The notes: generated by a model from the letters alone, not told the origin. A DNA stretch of 59,653 nt, filler included, from 5 parts of 5 records of this genome joined end to end with filler, not necessarily neighbours in it, one strand, 5' to 3'; counted from the first letter of the whole stretch, positions 38,407-48,052 are shown. Numbers and translations: made by a program.

Positions 38407-39033
38407 TTAAGATCCCGTACCCTGACGACGCATCAGTTCGGTCAGGTTGAATTCGACTGTTGCAGCCCCGATGGCTTTCTCGGTTTCGGGGTCAGTGATC
38501 GTCATGTTGAGCTGGGCACGCCAGATCTTGCTGCCGTCGTCCCATTCCGGTTCGTCGATGAAAACGGTTTCAGGGCCGTTCGGGAAGGTCTTCTGGAACT
38601 TGGCCTCGTCTCCCTGCCAGTAGTCGCTGGTAATCGCACTTTGCCCGACGTTCAGACCGTTCGCGTCCATGACGAAGATTTCAGGGTAGAGGCCGAGGGA
38701 CCCTGCCTGAACGCGCAGGAGATAGATCGACAAGGGGGCGGACAAGGTCGCGGAAATCAGAGGCTTGTCCGTTGCCTCGCGTTCCTGTCGCCATTGGGCG
38801 TCCAGTGCGTCGATGTCTGCCTGTGAAAGAGATCCGCGCAAATTGTTTTGTGCGTTGATCGACAAGGCGACAATCGGGTTGGAAAGCCATTCGGCAACGG
38901 CTTCCACAATCTCCGGCTGGATCAACGCTTTCGCATCGGGCGGTGTTTCCGCAGCCTGGACTGCAGTTGCCAGCATGATCGCAGGCAGGAAGACGCACAG
39001 TTGACGCATTTTTAGCTCCATGTTTGTTCCCAT
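38407..39033 (-). CDS. Secreted Cache/PDC-like sensor domain protein
   Basis: Signal peptide, EIFVMDANGLNVGQS, TSDYWQGDEAKF; immediately upstream of the MCP; start uncertain (39009-39033). Confidence 0.7.
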   Translation of the reverse strand: MGTNMELKMRQLCVFLPAIMLATAVQAAETPPDAKALIQPEIVEAVAEWLSNPIVALSINAQNNLRGSLSQADIDALDAQWRQEREATDKPLISATLSAPLSIYLLRVQAGSLGLYPEIFVMDANGLNVGQSAITSDYWQGDEAKFQKTFPNGPETVFIDEPEWDDGSKIWRAQLNMTITDPETEKAIGAATVEFNLTELMRRQGTGS

Positions 39034-39400
39034 TACCTTCCGTCACATGGGTTTCTTATTGCTTAATATTTGGGCAACGGCGGGAAAAAGTTTTTATCTT
39101 TCGATGACCTAGTAAAAATTTATATTGATATTTTTTACAGTAATTAGAATTACTTTCCTCTTTTTCCGTTCCGGGGTTGGCGGGTTTTGCCGCAGGCTCT
39201 TGGGTGTCTGGCCCAATGGCACCTTGACAGTTTTGCCAGCCTATAGCCCTGCAAGAGCTAGCTTGCGTGAGGATTGTGAAGCGTGCGAACGGGTGAGGAG
39301 GGGCGCGAAGTCGCAGCCGCCAGTGGACGGCAGGTTGGCGGAATGACACAGGACGGGGACGCTATCCCGGGAATTCGCGCAGCACGGCATCGACTGTCGC

Positions 39401-39429
39401 TTGACCTTGTCCGCAAAGCCTCCTAAGTC
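39401..39429 (+). promoter_or_regulatory. Probable sigma70 promoter of rnpB
   Basis: TTGACC-17 bp-TAAGTC ending 7 nt before the RNA 5' end. Confidence 0.65.
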
Positions 39430-39436
39430 CCATGCG

Positions 39437-39628
39437 CCAGTCGGTCGGACAGCCGCTGCCGCAAGTGCCGAAAGGCCGCGGGGGAGGAAAGTCCGGGCTC
39501 CATGGAAACACGGTGCCGGGTAACGCCCGGCGAGGGCGACCTTAGGGAAAGTGCCACAGAAAGCAAACCGCCCCGGACAGATCGAGAGATTTTCCCGGGG
39601 TAAGGGTGAAAGGGTGGGGTAAGAGCCC
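39437..39628 (+). ncRNA. rnpB: RNase P RNA, class A (5' portion, truncated at contig end)
   Basis: GGGGAGGAAAGTCCGGGCTC, GGGTAACGCCC, GAAAGTGCCACAGAAA, GGGTGAAAGGGTGGGGTAAGAGC conserved blocks. Confidence 0.96.
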
Positions 39629-39728
39629 NNNNNNNNNNNNNNNNNNNNNNNNNNNNNNNNNNNNNNNNNNNNTTAATTAATTAANNNNNNNNNNNNNNNN
39701 NNNNNNNNNNNNNNNNNNNNNNNNNNNN
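39629..39728. other. Artificial contig linker
   Basis: 44 N + TTAATTAATTAA + 44 N. Confidence 0.98.
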
Positions 39729-39956
39729 GCCGGTGGAGCGGGCATAGCCTTCGGCGGCGTGGCCCGCGCCCTGTTCATGCCGCACCAGGATGTGGCGGAT
39801 GTCATCTGCGGCGAACAGCGCGTCATAGATCGGCAGGACGGCGCCGCCCGGATACCCAAACATGACCTCTACGCCCTGTTCCCGGAGGGCCGTGATTACG
39901 ATCTCGGCGCCGGTCATCAGGCGGGTTTCGGTCTTCTGTTTGGTTTTGACGGTCAT
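39729..39956 (-). CDS. ilvB: Acetolactate synthase large subunit, N-terminal part (truncated at contig end)
   Basis: [42 protein letters not shown]. Confidence 0.93.
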
Positions 39957-40011
39957 GGCTTGGCTCTGGCGTCTGAGGTTAGAAAGGAAGGTTTTGTCCG
40001 GGATGTTTTCT

Positions 40012-40045
40012 GAAAAGAAAAAGGGCCCCCTTCGGAGACCCTTTT
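40012..40045 (-). terminator. Attenuator terminator of the ilv operon
   Basis: Minus strand AAAAGGGTCTCC-GAA-GGGGGCCCTTTTTCTTTTC. Confidence 0.8.
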
Positions 40046-40081
40046 GTGCGCACACCCGCAACCGGTTCTGGCGAACTCCGG

Positions 40082-40120
40082 CTACGGGTGTCTAAGTACG
40101 AGTACCTCTGACATGCGCAC
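40082..40120 (-). CDS. ilv operon leader peptide [12 protein letters not shown]
   Basis: GGAGG RBS 8 nt before GTG; tandem GTA CTC GTA CTT (Val-Leu-Val-Leu) codons; followed by the terminator and ilvB. Confidence 0.75.
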   Translation of the reverse strand: MRMSEVLVLRHP

Positions 40121-40144
40121 GTGCGTTTCCTCCAACGACGGGGG

Positions 40145-41095
40145 CTAGGAATAATCTGCCTCCATCTCCCTGTCAATCTCCCTATAGAGGGCAAGAATCA
40201 CCCGCATGCGATCGCTCATTTCGGTGCCGGGAATTCTCGGCCAGAACGGGAACTGCCTGCCAATCCACGTGAATTGCCTCTTTGCATAGCGCCGCGTGTC
40301 GCGCTTGGCGTTCTCGGCGGCGAATTCGGCGCTGATTTCGCCGCGGGCAAAGGCGGCCAGCCACGGCATGCCATGGGCCTTCATCGCCGGCAGTTCGGGA
40401 TCGAGCCCCCGTTCGATCAGGGCCCGGGCCTCGGCCATGGCGCCCTGCATCAGCATGCCTTCGAAGCGCCGGTCGATCTTGGCATAGAGCTTGGCGCGCG
40501 GCGGAGTGAGGGCGAAGCCCATCCATTCCCGGTCGAGCAGGACAGGGGGCTGGCGCTCATTGTGGAAGTCGGTGATCGGCCGCCCGGTGGCGAGCCAGAT
40601 CTCATAGGCCCGGGCGAGGCGCTGCCTGTCGCCCGTTCCGAGGCGTTCGGCGGTTTCCGGGTCGTGCGGCGCAAGCCGGGCGCGCAGGCCCTCGGCGCCC
40701 TCCGTTTCGGCAATGTCACGCACCTCGGCGCGGACGTCTTCGGGCACCGGCGGGATTGCCGACAGGCCTTGTGTCAGCGCCAGCAGGTAAAGCCCGGTGC
40801 CGCCGACGATGACGGCGCGTTTATTCTTCTTCTGGAGCACGCGGATCTTGGCACGGGCCTCCTCCAGCCACTGGCCGGTGGAATAGCGCTCGGCCGCGTT
40901 GACGTGGCCGAACAGGTGATGCGGCACGCCCTGCATCTCTTCCTCGTCCGGGCGGGCAGAGATGACTTTCAGGTCCCGGTAAACCTGCATGGAATCGGCA
41001 TTGATCACCTCCCCGTCGAGCCGCCGGGCGACTTCGATGGCGAGGGCGGTCTTGCCGCTGGCCGTAGGGCCGTGGATCAGGATGGCCGGGTGCAT
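40145..41095 (-). CDS. miaA: tRNA dimethylallyltransferase
   Basis: GPTASGKT, INADSMQVY, VGGTGLY, TRRYAKRQFTW. Confidence 0.96.
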   Translation of the reverse strand: MHPAILIHGPTASGKTALAIEVARRLDGEVINADSMQVYRDLKVISARPDEEEMQGVPHHLFGHVNAAERYSTGQWLEEARAKIRVLQKKNKRAVIVGGTGLYLLALTQGLSAIPPVPEDVRAEVRDIAETEGAEGLRARLAPHDPETAERLGTGDRQRLARAYEIWLATGRPITDFHNERQPPVLLDREWMGFALTPPRAKLYAKIDRRFEGMLMQGAMAEARALIERGLDPELPAMKAHGMPWLAAFARGEISAEFAAENAKRDTRRYAKRQFTWIGRQFPFWPRIPGTEMSDRMRVILALYREIDREMEADYS

Positions 41096-41166
41096 GCCAA
41101 TAGAGGTAAGGGGTTGTCATCCAAGAGGAAACCCATGATGACGCGGGAAAACCCGGGAATACTGTC

Positions 41167-42051
41167 ATGAGCCTCAGGATTGTCGCCGTCGCCGCCATGG
41201 ATGCCGCAAAACTGGAAGCGGAAGTCTCGCCGGAACTCGGCCGGGTCGCGCCGTCGCGTTCGCTGGGCAGTGTGGATGGGCTCGTCGCGCTGGAATGGCA
41301 GGTGCCGGGCACAGAGGACGAGGCCGCGCGCCTGCGGGCCCGGCTTGCGGAGAAGGGGCACCCCGTCGACACCGCTGTGCTGCCAGCCTCAAGCGGCCGC
41401 AAGCGCCTCCTGATCTCGGACATGGATTCCACCATCATCGGCCAGGAATGCCTCGATGAGCTGGCAGATTTCGCGGGCCTGAAAGCCGAGGTTTCCGCCA
41501 TCACCGAACGCGCGATGCGCGGCGAGCTGGACTTCGAAGGCGCGCTGACCACCCGTGTGGCGATGCTGAAAGGCCTCGGACTCGACGCGCTGGAACACGC
41601 TTATGCAGAGCGCATCACGCTGAATCCCGGCGCGAAAACCCTGGTCGAGACGATGAAGGCGGACGGGGCCGAAACTGTCCTGGTATCAGGCGGTTTCACC
41701 TATTTCACTTCCCGCGTCGCCGTGGCGGCGGGCTTCCACACCCATCGCGGCAACACGCTGATTGATGACGGCAAGGCGCTGACAGGAGAGGTCGGCCGGC
41801 CGATCCTTGGCCGCGAAGCCAAGCTCTCGGCGCTGGACGAGTTCGCTGCCGCCAGAGGCATCGGCCGCGGCGACGTGATCGCGATGGGCGATGGGGCGAA
41901 CGACCTTGCCATGATCAAGGCCTCGGGCCTCGGCATCGCCTATCACGCGAAGCCCGTCGTGGCCGCCGAAGCGCATGCTGCGATCGAGCATACGGACCTG
42001 CGCGCCGCGCTCTTCTTCCAAGGCTATGAGGCGAAGGAATTCGTCGGCTGA
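41167..42051 (+). CDS. serB: Phosphoserine phosphatase
   Basis: DMDSTIIGQECLDE, VSGGF, GDGANDL, AYHAKP. Confidence 0.95.
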   Translation: MSLRIVAVAAMDAAKLEAEVSPELGRVAPSRSLGSVDGLVALEWQVPGTEDEAARLRARLAEKGHPVDTAVLPASSGRKRLLISDMDSTIIGQECLDELADFAGLKAEVSAITERAMRGELDFEGALTTRVAMLKGLGLDALEHAYAERITLNPGAKTLVETMKADGAETVLVSGGFTYFTSRVAVAAGFHTHRGNTLIDDGKALTGEVGRPILGREAKLSALDEFAAARGIGRGDVIAMGDGANDLAMIKASGLGIAYHAKPVVAAEAHAAIEHTDLRAALFFQGYEAKEFVG

Positions 42052-42330
42052 GGGGTTGGATGAGCGGGCCTTCAGACCGGGACAAACACACCGGATACCT
42101 GCCGCGCCGCCGCTGCGCGGGCGTCCTCCGGCAAGGCGATGCTGATCTGGATCGGCGATGACAGCATCGTCCGCGTCAATGGCTGTGCGACCGACATCTG
42201 TGCCGTTCCGGCCGCCATCGAAGCGGCGCCGAAAGCAAAGACGGGCGCGGTCACGCTGGTGGGCGATGCCGCCTATGAGGCTGGCTACACCCAAGGGGTC
42301 AGTCTCTCCCTCGCGCGCGAAGCGCTCTGA

Positions 42331-43692
42331 TTACTGAGGGGCGACCGCGACGGGCGTGATTTCGTTCTCTTCGCAGATATTGTAGGCCTCGTCGCCTTCA
42401 TAGGCCATGCAGGGTTCGGGAATGCGCAGATTGTTCTCGCGCAGCCAGTTGCAGGACGCCGGGTCGCTGAACGCGCAGCCCATTTGATAGCTGTTGACCT
42501 CGGCTTCCCGCCGGGCATCGAAGTCCAGACTGCCATCGGACTTGCGAAATTCCTCATTAATGTAGCCTTTGTGGACGGCGTTTGCCAGATCCGGGCAGGC
42601 TCGGCCGAGCCCGGAAAAACAGGCAATCCGGAAGAAAACCGCGGCCATCTCCAGTTGATCGCGCTGAATGGAGACCTCGCCGCCGTGAAGCACGGCTTCC
42701 AGCAGGGCGGGCGGACCGATCAGTGTGTCGTATGGGCCGTTGTAGGACTTCGCCTCCTCGGTGTTTTCGAAGAGTTGGTCGACGATTCCGTCCTGCGCGG
42801 ACGGGATGAAGCTGCTGCCCGGCCAGGCCTCGATGAATTCCAGCCAGCCGGCGATCGTGTTCATGCGCTTGGCGGTGAGGAAGGCAATGTCTTCGCTGTC
42901 GGCGGTGGCGGGCGTCGGCCCGGCCACGCAGGAGGTGAAGCAGATGTCTTCCGTCAGGCCGTCAGCGGTGAAGGGCATGGCCTTGCCTGGGCGGGCGGCG
43001 GAGACTTCGCGCAGCGCCAGCGTGAAGGCGCGGTCGGCGGAAAGTCCCTTCTCGGGCAGGCGCTTGGCCAACGCCTTCGAGAACAGGCCGTCATCCGGTG
43101 TCGTCTCGCCGTCGGCCGTGGCAAAGGCGATGTAGAGCCCCTGGCGGCGCGGCACACGCACCATGCCCTTGTCGGCCGCCCCGCCCTTGGACGAAGTAAA
43201 GGGCAGCGTGTTGCGGCAGGCATCGGAGACGAAGAAAATGGCTTTCGCCTCGCTGGCCGACAATGTGTCGATCACGCCGTTCACGGGCACGCCCAGGATC
43301 GGCAGCTGTTCGGCGCCTGTGATGGGGGATTTTGCCGGGATCAGGTAGTTCGCACGCCTGCCAGCCGACTCGGCAGACCCTCCGTGACCTGAATAGTAAA
43401 AAAAGCCGACCGCATCGTTTCCCGCCGCGCGCAGGTCTGAGGCAAGTTTCGCGACGGCCAGGTTGATATCTATCTGCGTGCCGTCTTTCACGACGGTGAT
43501 CTGGCTGGCCGGGAAGCCCGCCGCGATCAGGCCGTTCCGCATGGTCTCCACATCCTCATGGGGCAGGGACAGCGGGCCGACAGTTGCGGGATAATCCTCG
43601 TTCCCGATCAGGAGCGCGTATCGCGCTTCGGCGGACGCAGCGAGGCCAAGCCCGGCCATGAACAACAGGCAAACCAGCGTACGCAGCATCAT
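42331..43692 (-). CDS. Secreted caspase-family (peptidase C14) protein
   Basis: Signal peptide, ALLIGNEDY, catalytic His YYSGHG, catalytic Cys SDACRN, Cys-containing Sel1-like C-terminus. Confidence 0.85.
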   Translation of the reverse strand: MMLRTLVCLLFMAGLGLAASAEARYALLIGNEDYPATVGPLSLPHEDVETMRNGLIAAGFPASQITVVKDGTQIDINLAVAKLASDLRAAGNDAVGFFYYSGHGGSAESAGRRANYLIPAKSPITGAEQLPILGVPVNGVIDTLSASEAKAIFFVSDACRNTLPFTSSKGGAADKGMVRVPRRQGLYIAFATADGETTPDDGLFSKALAKRLPEKGLSADRAFTLALREVSAARPGKAMPFTADGLTEDICFTSCVAGPTPATADSEDIAFLTAKRMNTIAGWLEFIEAWPGSSFIPSAQDGIVDQLFENTEEAKSYNGPYDTLIGPPALLEAVLHGGEVSIQRDQLEMAAVFFRIACFSGLGRACPDLANAVHKGYINEEFRKSDGSLDFDARREAEVNSYQMGCAFSDPASCNWLRENNLRIPEPCMAYEGDEAYNICEENEITPVAVAPQ

Positions 43693-43766
43693 TCCCGCCT
43701 CCTCGATTCCATCCCGGAGAAACCGTAGACCCGGAATGTACGGGTGGGAAGCGAAAGCTGGGCAGC

Positions 43767-45218
43767 CTACTTCGCGAGATCGACGCTCAAAAACTGGTCG
43801 AACCAGCCGGCTTCGCCGCGGCGTTTGACGCGGACCAGCAGCGGCTCTGCCGGGGTGGCGCGGGCGGCTTTCACTTTTTCCAGCGTATCGGTGACCGTCG
43901 AGACGCGCTCGAAATTGATCTCGATGATGACATCGCCGCGCACCAGCTTGCCATAGGCCGGGCCGCGGGCGGAGACGGAGGTGACGACAACGCCTTCGAC
44001 GTCTTTCGGCACGCCATAGCGACGACGGATATCGTCATCCAGGCTGGACAGGTCTGCGCCGAGATCATTGGCGCTGGCCGGCAGGTCCGGCAGCTGGGCG
44101 GCATCTTCCTCGGCCTGTTCCTGGAGCTCGCCCATGGTGACGGTGAATGTGCGCGCGCGGCCGTCGCGCACGAGGCGCACAGGCACATCCTTGCCGATCG
44201 GCGTGTCGGCAATCACGCGGGTCAGTTCCCGCACGCTGGAGACCGGCTGGCCGTCGAAGGTCAGGATAAGGTCGCCGACTTCCAGCTTTGCCTTGTCGGC
44301 CGGGCCGTCATCGGTGATACGGGTGACAATGACGCCGCCCTTGCCGCTGGCACGGTAGGCGCGGACGAGGGCTTCATCCGCATCCTGAACATTGACGCCC
44401 AGCCAGGAGCGGCGGATGCGGCCGGACTTGATCAGTTCGCCGGTGATCCGGTCAACGAGGTTCGACGGCACGGAAAAGCCGATGCCGACAGAGCCGCCGG
44501 TCGGCGAGATGATCGCCGTGTTCACGCCGACGACTTCACCGCCGAGATTGAACAGCGGACCGCCGGAATTGCCGCGGTTTATGGCCGCATCGGTCTGGAT
44601 GAAATCGTCGGAGCGGCCTGCGTTCAGGTCTCTGTTACGGGCCGAGATGATGCCGGCGGAGACCGAGCCGCCAAAGCCGAACGGGTTGCCGATGGCGATC
44701 ACCCAGTCGCCCACTTCTGCCGCGTCGCTGTCGGCGAAGCTGACAAAGGGCAGGGGCGTGTCGGATTTCACCTTCAGCACGGCGAGGTCGGTATCCTGGT
44801 CGCGCCCGACCAGTTCGGCGTCCAGCACGCGGCCATTGGCGAAATTCACTTCGATCTCGTCAGCGCCTTCGATGACGTGATTGTTGGTGACGACATAGCC
44901 GTCAGCGCTGATCAAGAAGCCGGACCCAAGCGAGCCCTCGCGGCGGAAACCGTCATCATCGCGGCCGAAGAAATCGTTGAACCGCTCCATCGGAGACCCT
45001 TCCGGGAAGGTCGGCATACCTTCCGGCGCAACCGTCTTGGACGTGGAAATGTTCACGACGGCCGGCATCAGCCGCTTCGAAAGGTCACGGAAATTTGCCG
45101 GGCGGTCCTTCTGGTCGAGGCCCTCGACCGGACGGGAGAGGCTCTGCTGCGCTGCGGCAGGGGCGGCGAACGGAACAGAGACGAGAAGGGCAAGGGCGGC
45201 AAGAGCCGGGAATCGCAT
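43767..45218 (-). CDS. DegP/DegQ (Do) family serine endoprotease
   Basis: LGSGF, TNNHV, DLAVLK, QTDAAINRGNSGGPL, two PDZ domains. Confidence 0.95.
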   Translation of the reverse strand: MRFPALAALALLVSVPFAAPAAAQQSLSRPVEGLDQKDRPANFRDLSKRLMPAVVNISTSKTVAPEGMPTFPEGSPMERFNDFFGRDDDGFRREGSLGSGFLISADGYVVTNNHVIEGADEIEVNFANGRVLDAELVGRDQDTDLAVLKVKSDTPLPFVSFADSDAAEVGDWVIAIGNPFGFGGSVSAGIISARNRDLNAGRSDDFIQTDAAINRGNSGGPLFNLGGEVVGVNTAIISPTGGSVGIGFSVPSNLVDRITGELIKSGRIRRSWLGVNVQDADEALVRAYRASGKGGVIVTRITDDGPADKAKLEVGDLILTFDGQPVSSVRELTRVIADTPIGKDVPVRLVRDGRARTFTVTMGELQEQAEEDAAQLPDLPASANDLGADLSSLDDDIRRRYGVPKDVEGVVVTSVSARGPAYGKLVRGDVIIEINFERVSTVTDTLEKVKAARATPAEPLLVRVKRRGEAGWFDQFLSVDLAK

Positions 45219-45301
45219 GTGACTACGGCTTCCTCTGCGGGCGGATCATGGAAGTGATTTTACCGCAGACTATGGCGCTTTGCGGGCAAGGTGCAACAGA
45301 T

Positions 45302-45502
45302 TCAGCCCAAGTGAACTGCAAGCCATATAAGCACGATGCCGACCGCGCCGCCGCCCAGGCCCACCATGGTCAGCTCGCGTGTGCTCATCTGGGTCACAAG
45401 GACGGCGAGGCGGCGCATGAAGTCGGGGGCGACCGCATAGGCCGCCCCTTCCAGCAGAAACCACATGCCGATACCCGCCAGCAGGATCAGTGGCAGAGAC
45501 AT
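45302..45502 (-). CDS. DUF2065 family small membrane protein
   Basis: LEG..YAVAP motif, two TM segments, typical position after hflC. Confidence 0.8.
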   Translation of the reverse strand: MSLPLILLAGIGMWFLLEGAAYAVAPDFMRRLAVLVTQMSTRELTMVGLGGGAVGIVLIWLAVHLG

Positions 45503-45523
45503 GGCCGAAGCCCCCTGTTCAGC

Positions 45524-46417
45524 TTATCTGGAGTTCTTGCGCGCAGCTTCGATGAACTCGTCGCACAAGCCAAGATTGTTCGGGCCGATCACGATCTGCG
45601 TGTTGCCTTTCTTCAGCGATGCTTCGCACGCAATCAGCGCACGCTGGAAGCGGAAGAATTCGGGATCGCGGCCATATGCGCTGGCATAGATCTCGTTCCG
45701 CTTTGCATCGCCTTCACCGCGGATCTCTTCCGAGCGCTGGTTCGCCTCGGCGAGGATCACGGTGCGGTCACGGTCGGCCTTGGCGCGGACGGCCTGGGCC
45801 TGTTTGTCACCATTGGCGCGGATCAGCTCGGCTTCCTGGTTCCGGGCCGCTTCCATGCGGCGGAAGACGCGTTCGGACACGTCAGCCGGCAGGTCGGCCC
45901 GGCGGATGCGCACGTCGATGATGTCGATACCGCGTCCGGCGATGGAGTCCGACAGGTTCTCGCGGATCTCGTCCATCAGCGTCGCCCGCTGGCCAGAGAT
46001 GATCTCTTCCGGCAGCTTGTTGGCGAGCGCGTTACGGATCGCAGTATTGGTGAACTGCGCCAGCTGGTTCTCTGCCACGCGCTGCGTCTGCAGGCGCTGG
46101 TAGAAGGCCAGCGGATCGGAGATCTGGTAACGCACAAAGGCGTCCACGATCAGCTGTTCCTGGTTGGAAGCCAGAACTTCGATATTCGGAATGTCGAGGC
46201 CTATGTTCCGTCGGTCATATTTGATGACGTTCTGGATGAAGGGCATTTTCACTTTCAGGCCGGCCTGGTTCTGCCCGGGGGCATTGTAGGCGGCCTGCGC
46301 CTTACCGACCTGCAGGACGAGGGCCTGTTCGGTCTGGTTGACGATGAAAAAGCTGTTCATGCCGACAATCAGCGCCGCGGCGGCGATGACGAGGGCGAAG
46401 ATACCAAGTCCACGCAT
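45524..46417 (-). CDS. hflC: FtsH protease modulator HflC
   Basis: SPFH domain, VDAFVRYQISDP, DVRIRRADLP, DPEFFRFQR. Confidence 0.93.
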   Translation of the reverse strand: MRGLGIFALVIAAAALIVGMNSFFIVNQTEQALVLQVGKAQAAYNAPGQNQAGLKVKMPFIQNVIKYDRRNIGLDIPNIEVLASNQEQLIVDAFVRYQISDPLAFYQRLQTQRVAENQLAQFTNTAIRNALANKLPEEIISGQRATLMDEIRENLSDSIAGRGIDIIDVRIRRADLPADVSERVFRRMEAARNQEAELIRANGDKQAQAVRAKADRDRTVILAEANQRSEEIRGEGDAKRNEIYASAYGRDPEFFRFQRALIACEASLKKGNTQIVIGPNNLGLCDEFIEAARKNSR

Positions 46418-46428
46418 GATTATCGCTC

Positions 46429-47077
46429 CTATTGGCTGTTGCGGTTGGGGGTGATCGGCAGGTACGGCACCGCGCCGGAGTCGGAATCGAGGATCACCTT
46501 GTCGGTGTTGCCGAGGACACGCTCCATGGTCTCGAGATACATCCGCTCGCGGGTGACCTGCGGTGCCTTGCGGTATTCGTCGAGGATGGACGTAAAGCGG
46601 GCGGCTTCACCGGTCGAATTGGCGATCACCTGCTCGCGATAGGCTTCGGCGTTTTGCAGCACCTGCTGGGCCTGGCCTTCAGCACGAGGGATGATGTCGT
46701 TGGCGTACTTGTTGGCTTCCTGGATGGCCTTTTCGGCATCCTGTCCGGCATTGACCACGTCGATAAAGGCCTGACGCACCTGCGCAGGGGCGGCCGCCTC
46801 CTGGATTTCGACGTTCTGCACCTGAATACCCGCACGATAGTCGTTCATCAGGGCTTGCAGCTGGGTCTTCACCTGTTCGGAGATCGTGGTCCGGCCCGTG
46901 GTGATGACGTCATTCAGGTCCGACTTGCCAACCACTTCTCGCATCACACTCTCGGCGGAGGCTTTCAGCAGCTCGCTGCCGCCATCCACGTTGAGAATGA
47001 AATTCTCCGGATTGGCCGGGTCGTAGAACCAGAAGACGCGGAAGCGAACGTCGACGATGTTTTCGTCGCCGGTCAGC
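46429..47077 (-). CDS. hflK: FtsH protease modulator HflK (5'-truncated at contig end)
   Basis: LTGDENIVDV at the contig edge, AESVMREVVG, APQVTRERMYLETME, VPYLP. Confidence 0.92.
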
Positions 47078-47177
47078 NNNNNNNNNNNNNNNNNNNNNNN
47101 NNNNNNNNNNNNNNNNNNNNNTTAATTAATTAANNNNNNNNNNNNNNNNNNNNNNNNNNNNNNNNNNNNNNNNNNNN
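47078..47177. other. Artificial contig linker
   Basis: 44 N + TTAATTAATTAA + 44 N. Confidence 0.98.
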
Positions 47178-47206
47178 CCGCGCCATCAGCGCCGCCGGTG
47201 AAGGGG

Positions 47207-47235
47207 TATCTATGGCTTTCCTCTGGGGGCCGCAA
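47207..47235 (-). promoter_or_regulatory. Probable rRNA operon promoter firing off the left contig end
   Basis: Minus strand TTGCGG-17 bp-TAGATA then CCCCTTCACCGGCGGCGCTGA, with A-tracts upstream; resembles Rhodobacteraceae rrn promoters. Confidence 0.65.
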
Positions 47236-47382
47236 CCCCTTTTTTATTCCTTTGTCGTATTTTTTTCAAAAAACATGATTTTCTTTGAGTTTCAGTGGCT
47301 TGTGGAAATTTGATTGCGCTTTTGCCCTCGTGTAGGCATGAAAATTACCCAAGCCCACAGCACCCCTTCACAACATATTGGG

Positions 47383-47403
47383 TTATCCCCAGAGTTATCC
47401 CCA
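47383..47403 (+). repeat. Two tandem DnaA-box-like 9-mers
   Basis: TTATCCCCA at 47383-47391 and 47395-47403, each 8/9 to TTATCCACA. Confidence 0.55.
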
Positions 47404-47438
47404 ATCTGTGCCGAGTCGCCCCTGCCTTGTGCGCATAC

Positions 47439-48050
47439 TTACCCTAGGCTGGCCCGCCGATTCCGTGATTTGCGCCCCATGCGCAGCGCCAAAAGCAGCA
47501 AAATCGCCCCAAGCCACACGATTGGCTGCAGCTGCCAGCCCTTTGCTTGCATCACATAATGCAGCCCACCCAGCACAATCGCTGGATAGGTCAGCTTGTG
47601 CAGTTGCCCCCAGCGGGGCCCAAGGCGGCGCTGTGCGGCATTGGTGGAGGTCGCCGCCAAAGGCAGCAACAGCAAAAAAGCGGCCATGCCCACAGTTATA
47701 TAGGGGCGCTTTACAATGTCGGCCCAAATCGCCGTGACGCTGGCAATATCCAACACCAGCCACACCAAGAGATGCGCCACAACATAGACAAAGCCCATAA
47801 CCCCAGCCGCCCTGCGAAATCGCAGCAGGTTGATACCCAAATTCCTGCGCAGCGGCGTGATGGCCAAAGAGGCCACAAGATAGGCCAAGGCCACCTGCCC
47901 ATATAAATGTTCCAAAGCACGGATAGGTTCAGGCCCCAGCGCCCCGGTAAGCCCCTGCCAGAAGAACACCGGCAAGGGCACCGCCATACATATATATACG
48001 GCCCATGTCGGCACATGGCGCAGGGCGTGATTTAGCCTGTCGCGCAGCAC
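47439..48050 (-). CDS. msrQ: Methionine sulfoxide reductase heme-binding subunit MsrQ
   Basis: LAITPLRR, FRRAAG, KRPYITVG, LAATS, WGQLHKLTY. Confidence 0.93.
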   Translation of the reverse strand: MLRDRLNHALRHVPTWAVYICMAVPLPVFFWQGLTGALGPEPIRALEHLYGQVALAYLVASLAITPLRRNLGINLLRFRRAAGVMGFVYVVAHLLVWLVLDIASVTAIWADIVKRPYITVGMAAFLLLLPLAATSTNAAQRRLGPRWGQLHKLTYPAIVLGGLHYVMQAKGWQLQPIVWLGAILLLLALRMGRKSRNRRASLG

Positions 48051-48052
48051 GG

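Noticed and set aside
42139-42330. 63-aa ORF as an intact exbD gene
   Set aside because: No TM segment, an in-frame stop at 42061 and only weak resemblance; not listed as a feature
45095-46642. 515-aa plus-strand ORF
   Set aside because: Antisense shadow of hflK, hflC and DUF2065
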